Assembly: GCA_964270895.1 (NCBI GenBank) | Contig: OZ185435.1 | Strand: one strand, 5' to 3' | Source of the DNA: Podarcis filfolensis | Taxonomy: Eukaryota | DNA length: 64,000 nt | In this document: positions 61,261 to 64,000 of the stretch, one piece after another | Numbering within the stretch: the first letter of the stretch is position 1 | Layout: every line of letters starts with the position of its first letter | Notes under the pieces: model-generated | Database searches by the model: none | Told to the model about the DNA's origin: nothing | What the model saw: the letters and a program-made list of their open reading frames with translations, nothing else | Translations under genes and position numbers: made by a program

Positions 61261-61396
61261 CAGGCATCCCCAAACTCAGCCCTCCAGATGTTTTGGGACT
61301 ACAACTCCTATCATCCCTAGCTAACAGGACCAGTGGTCAGGGATAATGGGAATTGTAATCCTAAAACATCTGGAGGGCCGAGTTTGGGGATGCCTG
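61261..61396. mobile_element. hAT fold-back MITE, nearly perfect
   Basis: Perfect 16-bp TIR CAGGCATCCCCAAACT / AGTTTGGGGATGCCTG, extending imperfectly to about 47 bp. Confidence 0.92.
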
Positions 61397-63489
61397 GTCT
61401 AGCAGTTTTGAACTAGGAGTCACTGTGCATGCCCACTATGTGTTGTAGTATCCATTCCAGAACCTTGTAATGGATGGAACCAAAGGAATTCATTACTGAC
61501 TCCACCCAAACTTTTCTGAATAGAACCAAGTGGCTCCCTACATCTCTATGCTTACTGCCTTTAAGGCGGATATTGATTCCCTCGCTCTTTGTGACTCACA
61601 GCTCCTTCTGATTGCTCACTACTGCAGTGTGGCTCTCTTATTTTTATCCTGTCTTCTGGGATGGGCCTCCTCTACCTTCTTCTCCTGCTTCAGCTGATGG
61701 AAGCAGTTCTTTCTCTGCAAATGTATTTTGGAGCCCATATTATTATATTGCATTAAATCCCCAAAGGCTGAAGAAGGTTGCACTGAAGCCTTAAGAGCAT
61801 CCCCTGAGAGCAACCATTGAGCACAACCACCTTTTCATTCTTTTTTATGCAGCCATGAGGGATATAAACTTTACAAAGTGTAAGTGACAATTGATATTCT
61901 CATAATTTTTCTAAGTCTCCAAAAACACGCTGTGCCCCTTTTGATTCCCATTTTGAAAATCTATGACCACAAGCAGTATTTGTTCTTGGCAGGCAATGTT
62001 ATTCAAGAGTTTGTGCCAAAGATGAAAGTAATTGTATTTACTATTTATATAACAAGTGACAGTTTGTAAATCTCGGATTTTCTTAAAAATATGAAAACAT
62101 TAAAGGAGTTGGGAAAGAATACATCAACATTAGACAGAGTGCTCTTTATTTCCTATTGTGAGACTTAAGCAGGAACTGGAATGCATAACCCTTCAGTGAG
62201 GTGTGAGTGCAAGGAACTGTGTACAGTTGTTCTTGTAGCATATGTTAATTTTACCAGCCTATACACTCTGTAAAGTTTTCCCCAAGTTGATTGCTGTTCT
62301 GTTCATTTGTTTGTTTTGGCACCATTTTTTCCTGCCCATTAGCAATGTTTGCACAGCTTGAGAGGCTAGATCCTGTTTAGATGCAATAATCCCATATGAG
62401 AATGGCTTCATGCTTTACACAAGAATTACTGCTGCTGCAAATATACCGGTGTTTTCCATAGCAAACATGTAAAGTGTGAACAACAGACACGTGTACTCAG
62501 AGACATCTGAGTACAAGCATTGGGAAGCCTCAGTCTCACCACAGCTTTCAGACACATGTACACAGATGTTTAAAGACATGTCTCTGTTGTTCACGCTTAT
62601 TTGCTTCTGGAAACTTCAGTGTAACAACAGTCTGCCTACAGCAAACATGATTGCTGTGTAAAACATGGAGTGGAACCACTTCAGATTTTTATGCTGGGTG
62701 AGGGTGGAACATCCCATTCCAGACAGGCTGCCTTTGAATCAGCAAGACCCATTATTTATGTGCTTCCTTTTCTAGCCTTCCTCCATGTTCCCAAAGGCAA
62801 AGTTTTCCCTTGAATTTCCTTCACTCTTTTGGTGTGCTTATCCATGTTTGGTTTACAGCACAGATGCTGCGAATTATTGCAAAGAGGGTTGTAGATTTCC
62901 ACCCGGCTAATTAAAGGTTTGTTATTTTATTTCAGCCATCTCAGAAGTAAATGACTCCACTGTAGCTTAGGAGGGCATGTTGCTAATTTAGGCTGCCACT
63001 GGTACCTCCCTGCTTCTCCTGGGTAGTTAGTGTTGACATAGCAACAGCTTATACTGGCTTGTACATGTATCCATATGCAGACACATCTGAGTGATGGAGA
63101 TGGGGAGAAAGAAATTCAGCAAGATGTTAGAGGTGCTGCTGCAAAAATCCCTGAATTTCTATGCTTCTTGCAGATAGCAAGGCTTAAACTTCTAATTAAT
63201 GGAATGTACATTCTAGTGATTGATATTGAGAAATGTCCAGGCTGATTCTTAGAGAATTGCAGCATTATACAAAGTGCTATAAACAACATGGGTAAAACCT
63301 TTGAAAGTGATTAGAGATTCTTATGATGCTCAGCAGTAAACCCAAAAGAAATGCCTTGATGATGGCCTGAAAGTGAGGCTCGTTTGAAGAATATCAGGCA
63401 ACTACCTTCCAGTGTTTCATTCACCAAATTAGACTTGGATAATTTGAAATAAGTTATACACAGGTAGATCTCAACCAAGTCAGTGGCTA

Positions 63490-63730
63490 TGCCTAGCATC
63501 AAGGACTACGTCACTCCACATGGGAGGCTCAACTGGCATAATCTAGTTTTAGGCACCATGTAAAAACTTTCCTTTTTACCTGGGCTTTTGGCCCTTAACT
63601 TGAAGGGCTTTAAAGTATTTGTGGCCTCTTTTAGGTCGGTTATACCTGTCTTTTATTTGTAGAGATATTTTTTTTAAGGTTTCAATTGTTTCTGTTTTAG
63701 TATCTCTGTTGCATCTGTATGCCACTTTGA
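63490..63730 (+). mobile_element. Decayed L2-type 3' end
   Basis: AGGCACCATGTAAAAACTTTCCTTTTTACCTGGGCTTTTG followed by a T-rich 3' UTR. Confidence 0.5.
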
Positions 63731-64000
63731 GTTGATGTGTGATGTATGTAGATTCAAGATTCAGTTGTGGTCAGTATTAAGCCTCTGCTTAAAGTGTATG
63801 CCTTGTCATAGCTCTGCTATTCCCTTCTGCCAGCCAAGAGAGGTTCTGAAAGATGTGTGAAGGATGGCAGGCTTCCAGCTACTTGAGTGTTTCCGGACAA
63901 TGTACTATTAAGCTGAGTGCATCCAGTTATCAAAAGAACATACCCCCTTAGGAGAGGAATGCAGAAATATTATACAGTGAGCTATTTATATAATAAGACC

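Noticed and set aside
1-64000. CRISPR array, rRNA, known miRNA or endogenous viral ORF
   Set aside because: Vertebrate DNA; tandem repeats are microsatellites or MITE-internal, and I recognised no rRNA, miRNA or viral coding sequence.

Overview
AT-rich eukaryotic genomic DNA from a squamate reptile, most likely a lacertid lizard (inferred from four Sauria SINE copies with ACCTTT tails plus a Bov-B LINE fragment). I cannot recognise any protein-coding exon or name a host gene. The ORF-track entries with a recognisable homologue are decayed LINE ORF2 fragments (Bov-B/RTE, CR1, L2); most others are microsatellite artefacts or short chance ORFs. The window reads as a long intron or intergenic stretch densely populated by LINE fragments, SINEs, hAT/Tigger/Harbinger-type MITEs, a solo LTR and microsatellites. 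A by-eye T>A excess on the + strand weakly suggests a + strand host transcript, and several short in-frame exon candidates exist but are unproven. The most notable element is a Penelope-type insertion at 57557-57767. It carries an intact minimal hammerhead ribozyme on the + strand, placed so that a 70-nt antisense arm just upstream would fold back over most of it. Other oddities: a 44-bp target-site duplication, a templated insertion inside a SINE, and a CpG-retaining MEF2/TATA-like element near 35.8-36.5 kb. Coordinates of old repeats are approximate.
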